Virus record (IMG/VR): IMGVR_UViG_3300028914_000001
Location: 253,489-317,488 of that record
DNA from: a virus
Lineage: Duplodnaviria > Heunggongvirae > Uroviricota > Caudoviricetes
DNA: 64,000 bases
Strand: one strand, 5' to 3'
This document shows positions 21,221-30,868 of this stretch, piece by piece. The notes under the pieces are model-generated. The model worked only from the letters and a program-made list of their open reading frames with translations, was not told where the DNA came from and did not search any database. The first letter of the stretch is position 1. Each line of letters opens with the position of its first letter. The position numbers and the translations under genes were made by a program.

Positions 21221-21261
21221 AATTCATTCCTATATGGCAAAAGCCAACATTGTTATGCAAA

Positions 21262-21330
21262 TAGTTTATAAGATTGGCGGAATGAATTATCTGTGAATAT
21301 TGCATTTAAACCCCAAGACATTATAAACTA
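21262..21330. promoter_or_regulatory. Divergent pair of putative late promoters
   Basis: TAGTTTATA at 21262-21270 and TATAAACTA at 21322-21330. Confidence 0.75.
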
Positions 21331-21352
21331 TTTCTGAAATAGCTGGTGCAAC

Positions 21353-22471
21353 GTGATGAAAAATATCTTCATAGAGTCTGTAAACAGCGTCATCGGATTG
21401 AGTGATGGCCAAAAGGGTGCAGTCGTGTCCTTGTATCGTACCTTGTTTGAGGATGGCGCTGGGTACAAGCCTGCGAATAAAGAAGAGGATAAGAAAGAAG
21501 ATAAGAAGGACGACAAGAAAGACGATAAGAAAGACGATAAGAAAGGCGGTGATAAAACGGATGATGCTCCAGCCGAATGGAAACGAAATCGCACACCGAC
21601 TAATATGACCCCGGTCAAGAAGCGTGATGTTAAATACATAGCGTTGCACTACACGGCTGGCAATTCGTCTTCGTCTGGCTCTGCGTGTAGAACGAAATTC
21701 CCTGCCAACTGTTCAGCCGACTTCATCATTGATGATAGCGAAGTATACCAGTACAATCCTGACTTGGACCACTACTTTACATGGGCTATCGGTGTAAGCG
21801 ACCCTCAGATTAAAGACAACTATGTAGCTGAGGCGAAAGCAAGGGGAATGAATGATGCGGCAAGTCTGTATGGAACTGCCAAGAATGCAAATACCATCTC
21901 AATCGAAATGTGCAGTAACTATAATGGCGAACGTCCTAAAAATGCATCACCGCTAGACCCTAACTTTTACTTGACCGAAGCTACCTTGGGGAATACGGCA
22001 AAGGTCGTTGCGTATTTGTTGAGTAAATATCCTGGCGCAAAGGTAATACGCCATTATGATGTCACTGGAAAACCTTGCCCCGGCCCGTGGTGCAGAGACG
22101 AGAAAGGAACGCAGCAATATCTTTCGTTTGTGCAACGCTGCAATGCTACGCCTGCTCCGAAAAGTGTTGAATATCAAGATGTCGAAGATTCATCGTTTGA
22201 CAAGTCGCAGCCCTCTTGGCCAGATTTCGGTCGTCTGTTTGCTCCAGATAAAACGAAAACGACGGCAGGCGATGCGGCCAACGCTACTACGGAAAATACA
22301 CTGAACGCCGTTATTAACTCAGTTAAAACCCCTGCCGCCAAGGTGCTTGCCGGGGTTATCTCGAAGATTAACCCTAATGCTTCCCCTAATGTTGTCGCCG
22401 AATTTGCCAACATGGTTGCTAGTAAGCCGGAGTTGTTGAAAAATGTACTCAAACTTGTATCAAATAAATAA
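21353..22471 (+). CDS. N-acetylmuramoyl-L-alanine amidase (Amidase_2) with shared leader
   Basis: IALHYTAG, SADFIID, NTISIEMC and RHYDVTGKPCPG zinc-amidase motifs. Confidence 0.85.
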   Translation: MMKNIFIESVNSVIGLSDGQKGAVVSLYRTLFEDGAGYKPANKEEDKKEDKKDDKKDDKKDDKKGGDKTDDAPAEWKRNRTPTNMTPVKKRDVKYIALHYTAGNSSSSGSACRTKFPANCSADFIIDDSEVYQYNPDLDHYFTWAIGVSDPQIKDNYVAEAKARGMNDAASLYGTAKNANTISIEMCSNYNGERPKNASPLDPNFYLTEATLGNTAKVVAYLLSKYPGAKVIRHYDVTGKPCPGPWCRDEKGTQQYLSFVQRCNATPAPKSVEYQDVEDSSFDKSQPSWPDFGRLFAPDKTKTTAGDAANATTENTLNAVINSVKTPAAKVLAGVISKINPNASPNVVAEFANMVASKPELLKNVLKLVSNK

Positions 22472-24170
22472 TAAGTATGCTTTGATGGAAGCTTCGTTGA
22501 AGAGTATTTATGGAATTGATGCCGATACGGTCAATGCTATCATCACATTGCATCAGACGGTATATAAGCCTCAGTTTGAAAGTGTAGGCTCGGTAGCTCG
22601 AATATCCCTTGCCGCTGTACTTACTGGAACCGCCCTTTATTCGGGTGCTGCCGGAGTGATTGCCTCTGCCATCGCCGTCGTTAGCGCTATATCTGGCGGT
22701 ACTGCAATACCGTTCATTGGTGCTGCCGCTGCTGTTCTGTTTGCTGGATGGGCGGTGTACGATGCGGTCACTGATGTGTCCAAGGCAAATAAAGAAGCAA
22801 AGGAAATTATTCACGAAGGCAAAGCGATGGATGTGGCGGAAGCGGCTGTGAAAGAGCAGATGACGAGTAACCCATATGCAAAGTATGCGGTCGATGCGGC
22901 CAAGCGTACAGGACAAATTTTGAAGGAAACTGGCGGCAATCTGATGGATAAGCTTGATGCCGTTTCGAAGACGACAACTACCAAGAAAGCGGATTCAACC
23001 GATACGATAGATGATGACGAGTTTGCCAAAAAGTTTGGTTTCACGAAGGACCTCCAGATTGTCGATGAGGACAATGCACTTAACCATTCGATGCAATTCT
23101 TCTATTACATGAATGGTTTTAACGAGTATGGCAACAAGGTTATAGACAAAGAAGCTCATGATGAGTTCATGAAGCAGTTTGAGGAATATTGGGAAGAACA
23201 TAGTGATTTCCTTCCGTACTTGAACGAGAAGGAAGCAAGGTCCAAGATGTTTGTCGAGTTCGGTCGCAAGTATTACAAGGAAACCTTCATGCCGATGTTC
23301 AGGAAAAAACTTGCCGAAGCCAAGAAACTCAAAGACAAGGGAAAGAGCGTTGAGGAATTGGAAGCGGAAGGACGTAACGAGTTCGGGGATGTCGTTGATA
23401 ATGTAAAATACTACGCCACGATGGGATTCACCCCGGATGCAAAAATTACTGACATCAATAAATTCTCGAAGGCATTTACTGCAAAGACGGGTCTTGACCT
23501 GAGTTACAACCCGGTGTCACCTGAAGGTGAAGAACTGTTGGAACGAATGATGAAGGACAAGTCGGAAGAATATCTGAAATATCTTCCAGCACCAGTGTTC
23601 CTCATGGAAGAGAAAGACCAGAAACCGTTTATCGAGAAAGCCCGTGACCCGAAACGCCGTGGAGAATCGCAGGTTGGCCGTTACGGAAAGGATATGATAG
23701 CATCTAATGCCGCCGCAAACAAAGTTGCGACCGAGCAGAAGGCTGGTAATGGTGCAGTCGCTCGAAATGGTGCGGCGCAACCGCAACCGCAACAACAAAC
23801 GGATTCAAGTAACCAACAGCAGGATGATATCACTAATGCGCCTGATGTAGACAAGCAATCGGGCCCGTACCGTACTGTCGGAAAGGCTCAGTTGCTCAAA
23901 ATATACAACCTCTTGCCAGAGCGTTCAAAGCACCTGATGCGTCTTGGATACATAATGAATATCAATAACGGTAAGTTTTACCGAATGAGTGATGCTGATA
24001 GGCTGGTCATGCCGCAGATTGTTCATGAGGCTCGAAAGGAAGCTGAACGCCAATGGATTGAACAACGCAGACAGGTCAAGCTTAACCAGGGTCGGTTGAC
24101 CAGGGACGATATGACTAAGGAAGAAATTGAGGAATCGAACAGGAGGGCGGGATTCCCCTCGAATAGCTAA
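22443..24170 (+). CDS. Late protein with shared leader and hydrophobic Gly/Ala membrane segment
   Basis: 575 aa; ~55-aa hydrophobic stretch right after QFES; start 22443 or 22484. Confidence 0.55.
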   Translation: MYSNLYQINNKYALMEASLKSIYGIDADTVNAIITLHQTVYKPQFESVGSVARISLAAVLTGTALYSGAAGVIASAIAVVSAISGGTAIPFIGAAAAVLFAGWAVYDAVTDVSKANKEAKEIIHEGKAMDVAEAAVKEQMTSNPYAKYAVDAAKRTGQILKETGGNLMDKLDAVSKTTTTKKADSTDTIDDDEFAKKFGFTKDLQIVDEDNALNHSMQFFYYMNGFNEYGNKVIDKEAHDEFMKQFEEYWEEHSDFLPYLNEKEARSKMFVEFGRKYYKETFMPMFRKKLAEAKKLKDKGKSVEELEAEGRNEFGDVVDNVKYYATMGFTPDAKITDINKFSKAFTAKTGLDLSYNPVSPEGEELLERMMKDKSEEYLKYLPAPVFLMEEKDQKPFIEKARDPKRRGESQVGRYGKDMIASNAAANKVATEQKAGNGAVARNGAAQPQPQQQTDSSNQQQDDITNAPDVDKQSGPYRTVGKAQLLKIYNLLPERSKHLMRLGYIMNINNGKFYRMSDADRLVMPQIVHEARKEAERQWIEQRRQVKLNQGRLTRDDMTKEEIEESNRRAGFPSNS

Positions 24171-24194
24171 TCATATACACCTAAGGAGAGACAT

Positions 24195-25859
24195 ATGCCA
24201 TTTAACGGGATTCCTAATTTGCGAGATGCAAATGAGCCAGTCAAGCTCGACCTTTACAAGTTAAAGGAAATAAAGAAGTGCGCACTTGACCCGATTTACT
24301 TCATCCGTAACTACGTGTACATCAACACCAAGGACAACGGCATGCAGTTGTTCGACCTGTACGACTTTCAGGAGAGTGCAATAGCCAGGTTCCTGAAATA
24401 CAGGTTTAACATAAACAAATGGTCGAGACAGGTTGGAAAATCGACGGTCGTCCGTGGGTTTATCCTTTGGTGGGGTATCTTCCATAAGGACCAGCTCATA
24501 GCCATGATTGGTAACAAACTGTCCTTGGCAAAGGAACAGATGCAGCAGCTCCGTGATTCGTACAGCCGACTTCCAGTATGGTTGCAACCCGGTGTCAAGC
24601 TGTGGAACAAGACTTCCATCCAGTTCTCGAACAACTCACGCATCATCGTTTCTTCGTCCTCTCCTGACAATATCCGTGGTTTCTCGATTAACCTTTTGTA
24701 TCTGGACGAATTTGCGTTCCTTAGGCCTAACCTTGCGACGGAATTCATCGCTTCCGTTATGCCGTCTATTTCTTCGGGTAAGACAACCCGTTGTATCATC
24801 ACCTCCACTCCTAACGGCATGAACCACTTTTACGAAATGTGGCAGACATCCTTGGAGGAAAAGGAAGCTGCTGTCGAGTTCGAGAAGGGGAACAACAACC
24901 TCTATGTGCGCTCCGTTGTTCAATGGAACGAGGTTCCCGGTCGAACAGAGGCTTGGGCAAATGCTGAAAAACTTAAAATTGGCGACCAGCGTTTCCGTCA
25001 GGAATACGAATGTGAGTTCGTCGGTTCTGGTATAACCCTTATCGACTACCGTTGCTTGGAAAAGTTGAAGGCATCGGACCCGCTTCCGTTCGATGACAGT
25101 ATATGGCCTCCGGCTCTTGCTGACATCGTAAGGGATATTTCTATGAGGGCGTTCAAGTATCCTGAACCCGTGGGAGCTATCGAGGCCAAGGGATACTCGT
25201 ATGTCGCATCCATCGATACGGCTTATGGTATGAGACAGGACGCCCATGTCTTGCAGATTGTGAAGGTGTATTCAAACATCAGGTGTGAACAGGTGTTCAC
25301 GATGTCGTCCAACTGTACGGAAGTGAATGATTTCTGTAAGATAGCGAACATCATTCTTAAATTCTATCGCAACCCGTACCTAATCATCGAATACAACGGA
25401 CCTGGAAAATCCACCTATGACTACTTCTTCAATGTGGCCATGTATCCTAATATTCTCAACTTTGACTTGAAGTGCCGTGGTCTGTGGGCAACGCCGACGT
25501 TGAAGAGCAACGTGGTCATCCTCCTTAAAATGTACATCCAGCGTGAATACTTGAAGGTGTATGATTACAACACAATCATGGAACTCATGACGTTTACTCA
25601 GAAAACCCAGAATACATGGGGCGGCGGAGGAAATACGCACGATGACCATGTGACCTCGTTGTACTGGATTGTCTACTATCTCACCACGACATACTACTAC
25701 GGCAACTACGAAGCAATAGAAGACCTAACCGAAACGGAAATGCTGAGGTTGAGTACGGAGATGAGGAACCGTTATATGGATGTACTTGACTTCGTCAGGT
25801 CTCCCGAAGCTCAACAGGAACAGCACAGGCTTGGGGCTCTTGCGGAAGCGAGTGTATAA
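24195..25859 (+). CDS. terL: Terminase large subunit (T4 gp17-like)
   Basis: DPIYFIRNY, SRQVGKST, LYLDEFAF, TSTPNG, FRQEYECEF, IDTAYG, HDDHV. Confidence 0.95.
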   Translation: MPFNGIPNLRDANEPVKLDLYKLKEIKKCALDPIYFIRNYVYINTKDNGMQLFDLYDFQESAIARFLKYRFNINKWSRQVGKSTVVRGFILWWGIFHKDQLIAMIGNKLSLAKEQMQQLRDSYSRLPVWLQPGVKLWNKTSIQFSNNSRIIVSSSSPDNIRGFSINLLYLDEFAFLRPNLATEFIASVMPSISSGKTTRCIITSTPNGMNHFYEMWQTSLEEKEAAVEFEKGNNNLYVRSVVQWNEVPGRTEAWANAEKLKIGDQRFRQEYECEFVGSGITLIDYRCLEKLKASDPLPFDDSIWPPALADIVRDISMRAFKYPEPVGAIEAKGYSYVASIDTAYGMRQDAHVLQIVKVYSNIRCEQVFTMSSNCTEVNDFCKIANIILKFYRNPYLIIEYNGPGKSTYDYFFNVAMYPNILNFDLKCRGLWATPTLKSNVVILLKMYIQREYLKVYDYNTIMELMTFTQKTQNTWGGGGNTHDDHVTSLYWIVYYLTTTYYYGNYEAIEDLTETEMLRLSTEMRNRYMDVLDFVRSPEAQQEQHRLGALAEASV

Positions 25860-25863
25860 ACTA
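25855..25863 (+). promoter_or_regulatory. Putative late promoter TATAAACTA
   Basis: Perfect motif overlapping the terL stop, 20 nt before 25884. Confidence 0.65.
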
Positions 25864-25883
25864 CAAGAAAATACGGTAGCGAT

Positions 25884-26315
25884 ATGACGAACGATATTGA
25901 TGAATTGATGGACGGAGTGTATAAGAGTGGCGAGATTTCAATAGACAAGGAAAAGGTTAGCCTTCTTAACATTTTCATGCAGAGAGCATTTCCTGCCGTC
26001 AGCAAAAAAACAATAGCCGATGCATCAGCACTGCTTGCCGTATATTGTTGCCTTCTTACCGAGGGCAAACGTATTTTAGTTAACGACCATGAAATGGATG
26101 CCGAAGCGTTCAACAAGTTCTTCGATACATATGCCAAGAAGTCTGAAGGTGACTTTGAAAGGATGGAAGACATGTATAGCTTCTATGGTTCCGCTCTTGT
26201 CGTCGCTCTTTTTGTCTACCAATATACCTCCGGGCTTACATCCAAGGATGCCATGTTCCATGAGACAAGGGGTGGCGATACAGCTGACCGTATAGCTGAT
26301 GCTATCGACGAGTAG
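25884..26315 (+). CDS. Hypothetical protein
   Basis: 143 aa ORF behind a late motif. Confidence 0.6.
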   Translation: MTNDIDELMDGVYKSGEISIDKEKVSLLNIFMQRAFPAVSKKTIADASALLAVYCCLLTEGKRILVNDHEMDAEAFNKFFDTYAKKSEGDFERMEDMYSFYGSALVVALFVYQYTSGLTSKDAMFHETRGGDTADRIADAIDE

Positions 26316-26332
26316 AAAATATAGTAACCCAC

Positions 26333-26361
26333 TTGCCAACATTTTCGTAAAATTATATATT
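26333..26361 (+). promoter_or_regulatory. Sigma70-like promoter TTGCCA-N17-TATATT
   Basis: -35 at 26333-26338 and -10 at 26356-26361. Confidence 0.7.
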
Positions 26362-26403
26362 TTTGGGGAATGCAGGGAGTATTCCCCTTTTTTGAGGATT
26401 TTT

Positions 26404-26937
26404 ATGCCAGATGAAGTGAAAGTGATTACAGCGCCTACTGACGAGAATGGGCAAATAAACGTCGATGACAACATCGAAAAGCTTGCGGATTGGATGAAGG
26501 ACAAGGTCAGGACCAAGAATAAAAAGGGTAAGTTCGATGTTGACATTATGCTTCAGAACATGGTTGAGAACATTGGCGACGGCCAGATTAACGCCAATGG
26601 ACTCCTCATGCAGGCCCAGATTCAACTTGCTGACATGGAAGATGACCTTGCGAAAAAGTGGGCTAAACAATTCGAAATACTTATGAACAGCAGACAGCCT
26701 TTCGAGAAGACGAAGGAAAATGTCACTATGTATCTTTCAGGAAAGCAGGATATCGCTGACCTGAACCTTAGAATCAAGAAGAAAAAAGCTTATATCGAGA
26801 ATTTGAAAGGTTTTGCTGATGCGGTCAGATATTATCCAAAGAATGTCCAGACCATCCTCGACTTGAATGCTCTTGCGGTAGAATCTGGAAAGAAGGGTCT
26901 TATTGACCTGGATAGCGTGGCGGAGGATGAACAATAA
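26404..26937 (+). CDS. UvsY-like recombination mediator
   Basis: FEKTKENVTMYLSG..DI..L......AYIENLKG..DAVR resembles UvsY; start reassigned to 26404 (GAGG RBS). Confidence 0.55.
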   Translation: MPDEVKVITAPTDENGQINVDDNIEKLADWMKDKVRTKNKKGKFDVDIMLQNMVENIGDGQINANGLLMQAQIQLADMEDDLAKKWAKQFEILMNSRQPFEKTKENVTMYLSGKQDIADLNLRIKKKKAYIENLKGFADAVRYYPKNVQTILDLNALAVESGKKGLIDLDSVAEDEQ

Positions 26938-27641
26938 TGGCTGACGAAACCTTCAATCCGTTTAACATGAATATGCCGTGGGATGTTGACCCGAGCAAGA
27001 CTTCCGCAACTGCGGAACCAGCCGTCGAGGACAAATCCAAAGCCGAACCAGCACAAGAGGATGCTTCTGCCGAGCCGAAACAGGACATTTTCACTGCCTT
27101 GGAAGAAAAGTTGAGACTTCCCATCGGTTCTACCAAGGAAGGAATCGAAGAAACCAAGCAGATGGTCAGGAAGATTCAGGCGAAGACGGCAATCTTCGAG
27201 ACTAAGGGCACAGCACTTCTTGCACAGGAAAAGCTAGGAAAGCTTACGCCTGCACAGCATTTTGCCGAATGTGCTAGAATCAGGGCGCAGGCCAACCGTC
27301 TATACGACATTTCGTCCAACCTCATGGACAAGTTGAATGACCAGGTTGAAGCGTCGCTTGACATGACAGACAAGATGTGGTCTGCGGTCAGTTCGATGAT
27401 TTCGAGTGTCGGTCAGAGTCTTGAACGTCTCCTGAAGGTGACTCAGGAACTCCGAAAGGAAGAGGACTTGCTTGCCATGGAAGTCAAGGAAGCCGAAGAC
27501 GCAAAGAAGCTGGCGAATGATGATGGCACTATTGATGCAACGCCTAATGACATGAATAAGCTTGTGACATTCTTCCAGGAAGAAGAAAGAAAAGCTACTG
27601 AGCAAAAACAAATTGAACATAAGGACGAAGAACATGAATAA
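26937..27641 (+). CDS. Putative terminase small subunit (gp16-like)
   Basis: Two-helix core ...TDKMWSAVSSMISSVGQSLERLLKV resembles gp16; close to terL. Confidence 0.5.
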   Translation: MADETFNPFNMNMPWDVDPSKTSATAEPAVEDKSKAEPAQEDASAEPKQDIFTALEEKLRLPIGSTKEGIEETKQMVRKIQAKTAIFETKGTALLAQEKLGKLTPAQHFAECARIRAQANRLYDISSNLMDKLNDQVEASLDMTDKMWSAVSSMISSVGQSLERLLKVTQELRKEEDLLAMEVKEAEDAKKLANDDGTIDATPNDMNKLVTFFQEEERKATEQKQIEHKDEEHE

Positions 27642-28767
27642 AATTGGTATCATTGGCGATATCCATGTCGGTCAGACATTTTATCACAATCAGGTCATAA
27701 CTGATTATCACAACAAGAAGCGTGACGAACTCTTCGACGAAATCATCGCCCGGTTCAAGAAGGAAGGGGTGGATACCATCCTGTTCAGCGGAGACATCTT
27801 CGATAACCGAAATATCGTTACGGTCGAATCTCTCCACTATGTCATCGACCTTTTTGCGAACCGCATGAAGGATTTCAAAATCATCACGATTACTGGAAAC
27901 CACGACATGCAGTACGAAAACTCCGACTGTCTTACGTCGTTGGAGTTCCTTCACTTCATCCCTAACGTGACCCTGATTGACAAGGGGCCTGTGGCAATGC
28001 AGTTCGGCCAGTACACATGGCATCTTTTCCCGTGGTTGGGTACTCCGGCCAACAAGGAGAAGGCTCTTGAATACATGATGTCGGTTGGATGCACTCCCGA
28101 AAAGCGAGCTGCTAATGTATTCTTCGGACACTTCGACATTATCGGCATGTTAATGGAAGCAGGAAACCTTTCAGTTGCAGGATTCGACCCGAACGAGATG
28201 TCGAAGTATTGCACCTATGTCATCAGCGGCCATTACCACTGCAAGTCCGCCAAGAAGATTGGAAACACCCGTTTCCTCTATCTCGGTACGCCATACCATC
28301 TCTCGTTTGCCCACCTCGGGGTAGACCCAGGTTATTACATCTGTAATACCGACACGATGAAGATTGACTTCATCGAGAACAAAATCGGTGAACGCTACAT
28401 CGAAGTGAGCGACTACGATGATATCGACGCCCTGCCTGACCTTAGCGGTACGCTTGTCAAGTACAACAACGACGTGTCGAAGACTTCCGAGGAGGCGATG
28501 GTTCCTCTCGACAAGTTGAAGGCGAAGAATCCGCTCCATGTATTCCCGTCTCCCTATGGCAAGCATGCCGAGGAGAGGAATGCAGCCGATGCCGTCGCCA
28601 TAATAGAGGAGGACGACGAGGAAGCAAAGAAGGTCGTGACGATGAGCCAGATGGAAGTCGCCAGACTGTTCATGGACAATGCGGACCAGCCTCCTCCGAC
28701 TTTGAGTGACGGAACGAGTTCTAAGGACAAAATTATTTCCATGATTGCAAGTTTTGATGCAACATAA
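27634..28767 (+). CDS. Mre11/SbcD-like recombination nuclease (T4 gp47-like)
   Basis: GDIHVG, GDIFDNR, GNHD, GHF, SGHYH, YLGTPY. Confidence 0.9.
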   Translation: MNKIGIIGDIHVGQTFYHNQVITDYHNKKRDELFDEIIARFKKEGVDTILFSGDIFDNRNIVTVESLHYVIDLFANRMKDFKIITITGNHDMQYENSDCLTSLEFLHFIPNVTLIDKGPVAMQFGQYTWHLFPWLGTPANKEKALEYMMSVGCTPEKRAANVFFGHFDIIGMLMEAGNLSVAGFDPNEMSKYCTYVISGHYHCKSAKKIGNTRFLYLGTPYHLSFAHLGVDPGYYICNTDTMKIDFIENKIGERYIEVSDYDDIDALPDLSGTLVKYNNDVSKTSEEAMVPLDKLKAKNPLHVFPSPYGKHAEERNAADAVAIIEEDDEEAKKVVTMSQMEVARLFMDNADQPPPTLSDGTSSKDKIISMIASFDAT

Positions 28768-28778
28768 AAGGAGCTGAT

Positions 28779-29141
28779 ATGAACGAATACAAGGTATTCC
28801 CTCGAAATCAGGTTCGTGCCGTTTACAGTGGTCACACCTTGACCTTGTCTGATGGCACTGTCATTGACGGTTTCCCTATGGGCATCCGTGGGACCATCGA
28901 GGTCATCGTAGACGATTGCGATGCGGGACAATTTGAGTACACCCCGATTTCGTTTGGATTACCCGGTGACCCTAAACCTAAACCGTCATATTACCGTTAC
29001 AGGATTAAGACGCATGTCCCGGAGGACAGTCCTAACCAGAAATCCTCGTTCGTGCATTACACAAACGACCCGAATTCCGATACGCTTATACGGTGGGTAT
29101 CCTTCGCAAAAGGTATGCCTATGATGGATAGATTGTCTTAA
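28779..29141 (+). CDS. Hypothetical protein
   Basis: 120 aa; AGGAG RBS. Confidence 0.6.
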   Translation: MNEYKVFPRNQVRAVYSGHTLTLSDGTVIDGFPMGIRGTIEVIVDDCDAGQFEYTPISFGLPGDPKPKPSYYRYRIKTHVPEDSPNQKSSFVHYTNDPNSDTLIRWVSFAKGMPMMDRLS

Positions 29142-29183
29142 TTATTCTAAATATGGCGATTTTTATAGAATGTGTAAGTTTTA

Positions 29184-29225
29184 AAAATGTATTTTACTAA
29201 CGTAAATAACAACCTTTTACGTTAG
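29184..29225 (+). promoter_or_regulatory. AAAATGTATTTTA motif followed by a 10-bp inverted repeat
   Basis: Motif at 29184-29196; CTAACGTAAA/TTTACGTTAG at 29197-29225. Confidence 0.55.
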
Positions 29226-29234
29226 AAGGATACT

Positions 29235-30569
29235 ATGAAAGCTACTGAGCTGTATGAAAAACTCATTGAAGATAAGGTCAAGGTTAAGGCTGATGTTGAC
29301 ATCATCCATGTGAACGATGGTGATTCACGACTGTTTGGCGGTCGTTTCAACGAAGATTTCGCTCATCTTTGCCCGTTCTACGACACGCTATGCACATTCA
29401 ATCACATCTCGATGACATCCCCGATGTTCATCAACCTGTACTCCAAGCTTGCCATTACTAAGGAAACCGTGGTGATTCTTGACAACATTAAGAATCCTGC
29501 GGTTTTTGATGTTTTACAGAAGATGAAGTTCAGCAGTTTCCAGAACACGGTTGGTGACACTGTGCTGGACACGGCATACAACAAGGATGACAGTGAACAG
29601 GTCAGTGCTGAGAAGGAAGCTAAGAACGACGCTATCCGTAAGATTAACTTCCGTATCATCTACCTCCTTGACGAATTGGTCTGGGACGGCGTAGGTGGCC
29701 GTGGAAAGAGCATCTACGAAGCCCGTGTTATCGAGGACTTCCTCCAGGTTGCGGACACCATCATCGTTCCGACTTCCGAACTGAGACATGCTCTCATTGA
29801 CATCGGCTTCGTCGCCGAAGAAAGGAAGAACGACATCACCATCCTTCCGTTCACTATTCCCCCGCAGATTTATCAGGTCTATGCCGTCAATACAGCCAGG
29901 ACATACAGCAGCGTGATTTCCAAGCCGAAAATCCTTGTCAAGGGTGCGGTCATCCCGACGAATGTCTGCGAATTTATTGTAGCCAAGCACAAGAAGTACA
30001 ACTTCACGATTTGCTCTGGCGCCGACCTGCCTAATGACCTGATGCTTCTCCTTGCAAACGGCGATGTACGACACATCGTACATTACAGCTCGCCGAGCGT
30101 GAACTACAAGAACATTACCCATACCTATCTCGACGAAAGGGATGGCAGGTATGATTTCGTAATCCATTGTAACAACTCGTTGAACTACGACCTTGCAAGC
30201 GGCGACATCGACCCGATGCTCTCCGTGGCTTGTGGTTCAATCGCTTTCGCCTGCGTTCGCAAGGACTGGTTTACCCCTGAAACTCACCTTTGTGAGAAGA
30301 CGGGCACCACATTCACTCCGCAGGCTACCTACAACCAGATTGACAACATGATTAGCCATGCCTGTGTCGCTGTTGAATGGAACAAGCTGTACGATGAACA
30401 GCGTGGCTCTATCGAAGTAAAGATTTCTGACAAGGCTGTATCCATGGCACGTATCTTCGCCGTTCTCATCGGTAAGGACATGGTGAAGAAACGTTTCTCG
30501 GTAGGGGATGAAAATGGAACCGACAACGGAACCGACAACACAACAGACAACGGAAACGCCGAAGCCTAG
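29235..30569 (+). CDS. Divergent GT-B fold glycosyltransferase-like protein
   Basis: IIYLLDELVW and ADTIIVPTSELR..L...ITILPFTIP resemble the N-lobe of phage GT4-like proteins. Confidence 0.5.
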   Translation: MKATELYEKLIEDKVKVKADVDIIHVNDGDSRLFGGRFNEDFAHLCPFYDTLCTFNHISMTSPMFINLYSKLAITKETVVILDNIKNPAVFDVLQKMKFSSFQNTVGDTVLDTAYNKDDSEQVSAEKEAKNDAIRKINFRIIYLLDELVWDGVGGRGKSIYEARVIEDFLQVADTIIVPTSELRHALIDIGFVAEERKNDITILPFTIPPQIYQVYAVNTARTYSSVISKPKILVKGAVIPTNVCEFIVAKHKKYNFTICSGADLPNDLMLLLANGDVRHIVHYSSPSVNYKNITHTYLDERDGRYDFVIHCNNSLNYDLASGDIDPMLSVACGSIAFACVRKDWFTPETHLCEKTGTTFTPQATYNQIDNMISHACVAVEWNKLYDEQRGSIEVKISDKAVSMARIFAVLIGKDMVKKRFSVGDENGTDNGTDNTTDNGNAEA

Positions 30570-30867
30570 CGTTATTGCAGACTCGCCCATCTACAATGTC
30601 ATCAGGTATGACATGAAGTGGTACGAGAAAGGACATGACCCGCATGACTACAACAGCATGCGGGACATGTCTGTTTCTGAACCTATTATCGTTGACAAGT
30701 ACGAGGACCAAGTTTTGCCCGACCCGATGAGCGAAAAATTGGCAAAAATGGTCTCCGATAAACTTAACGAGAAAGCTAAGGAACAGGAAAAGGTGTCAAT
30801 CGACCTGAAAAATGGACAACATTACGACGGTCCTCGATACGTCTATTCCTATTACGCTGGGAGATAA
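30508..30867 (+). CDS. Hypothetical protein
   Basis: ORF fills the gap and overlaps the upstream gene end; start uncertain. Confidence 0.45.
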   Translation: MKMEPTTEPTTQQTTETPKPSVIADSPIYNVIRYDMKWYEKGHDPHDYNSMRDMSVSEPIIVDKYEDQVLPDPMSEKLAKMVSDKLNEKAKEQEKVSIDLKNGQHYDGPRYVYSYYAGR

Positions 30868-30868
30868 T

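Noticed and set aside
21480-21545. GATAAGAAAGAC-type short tandem repeats, also around 32535-32580
   Set aside because: They encode low-complexity DKK/EK linkers in frame; not a DNA-level element.
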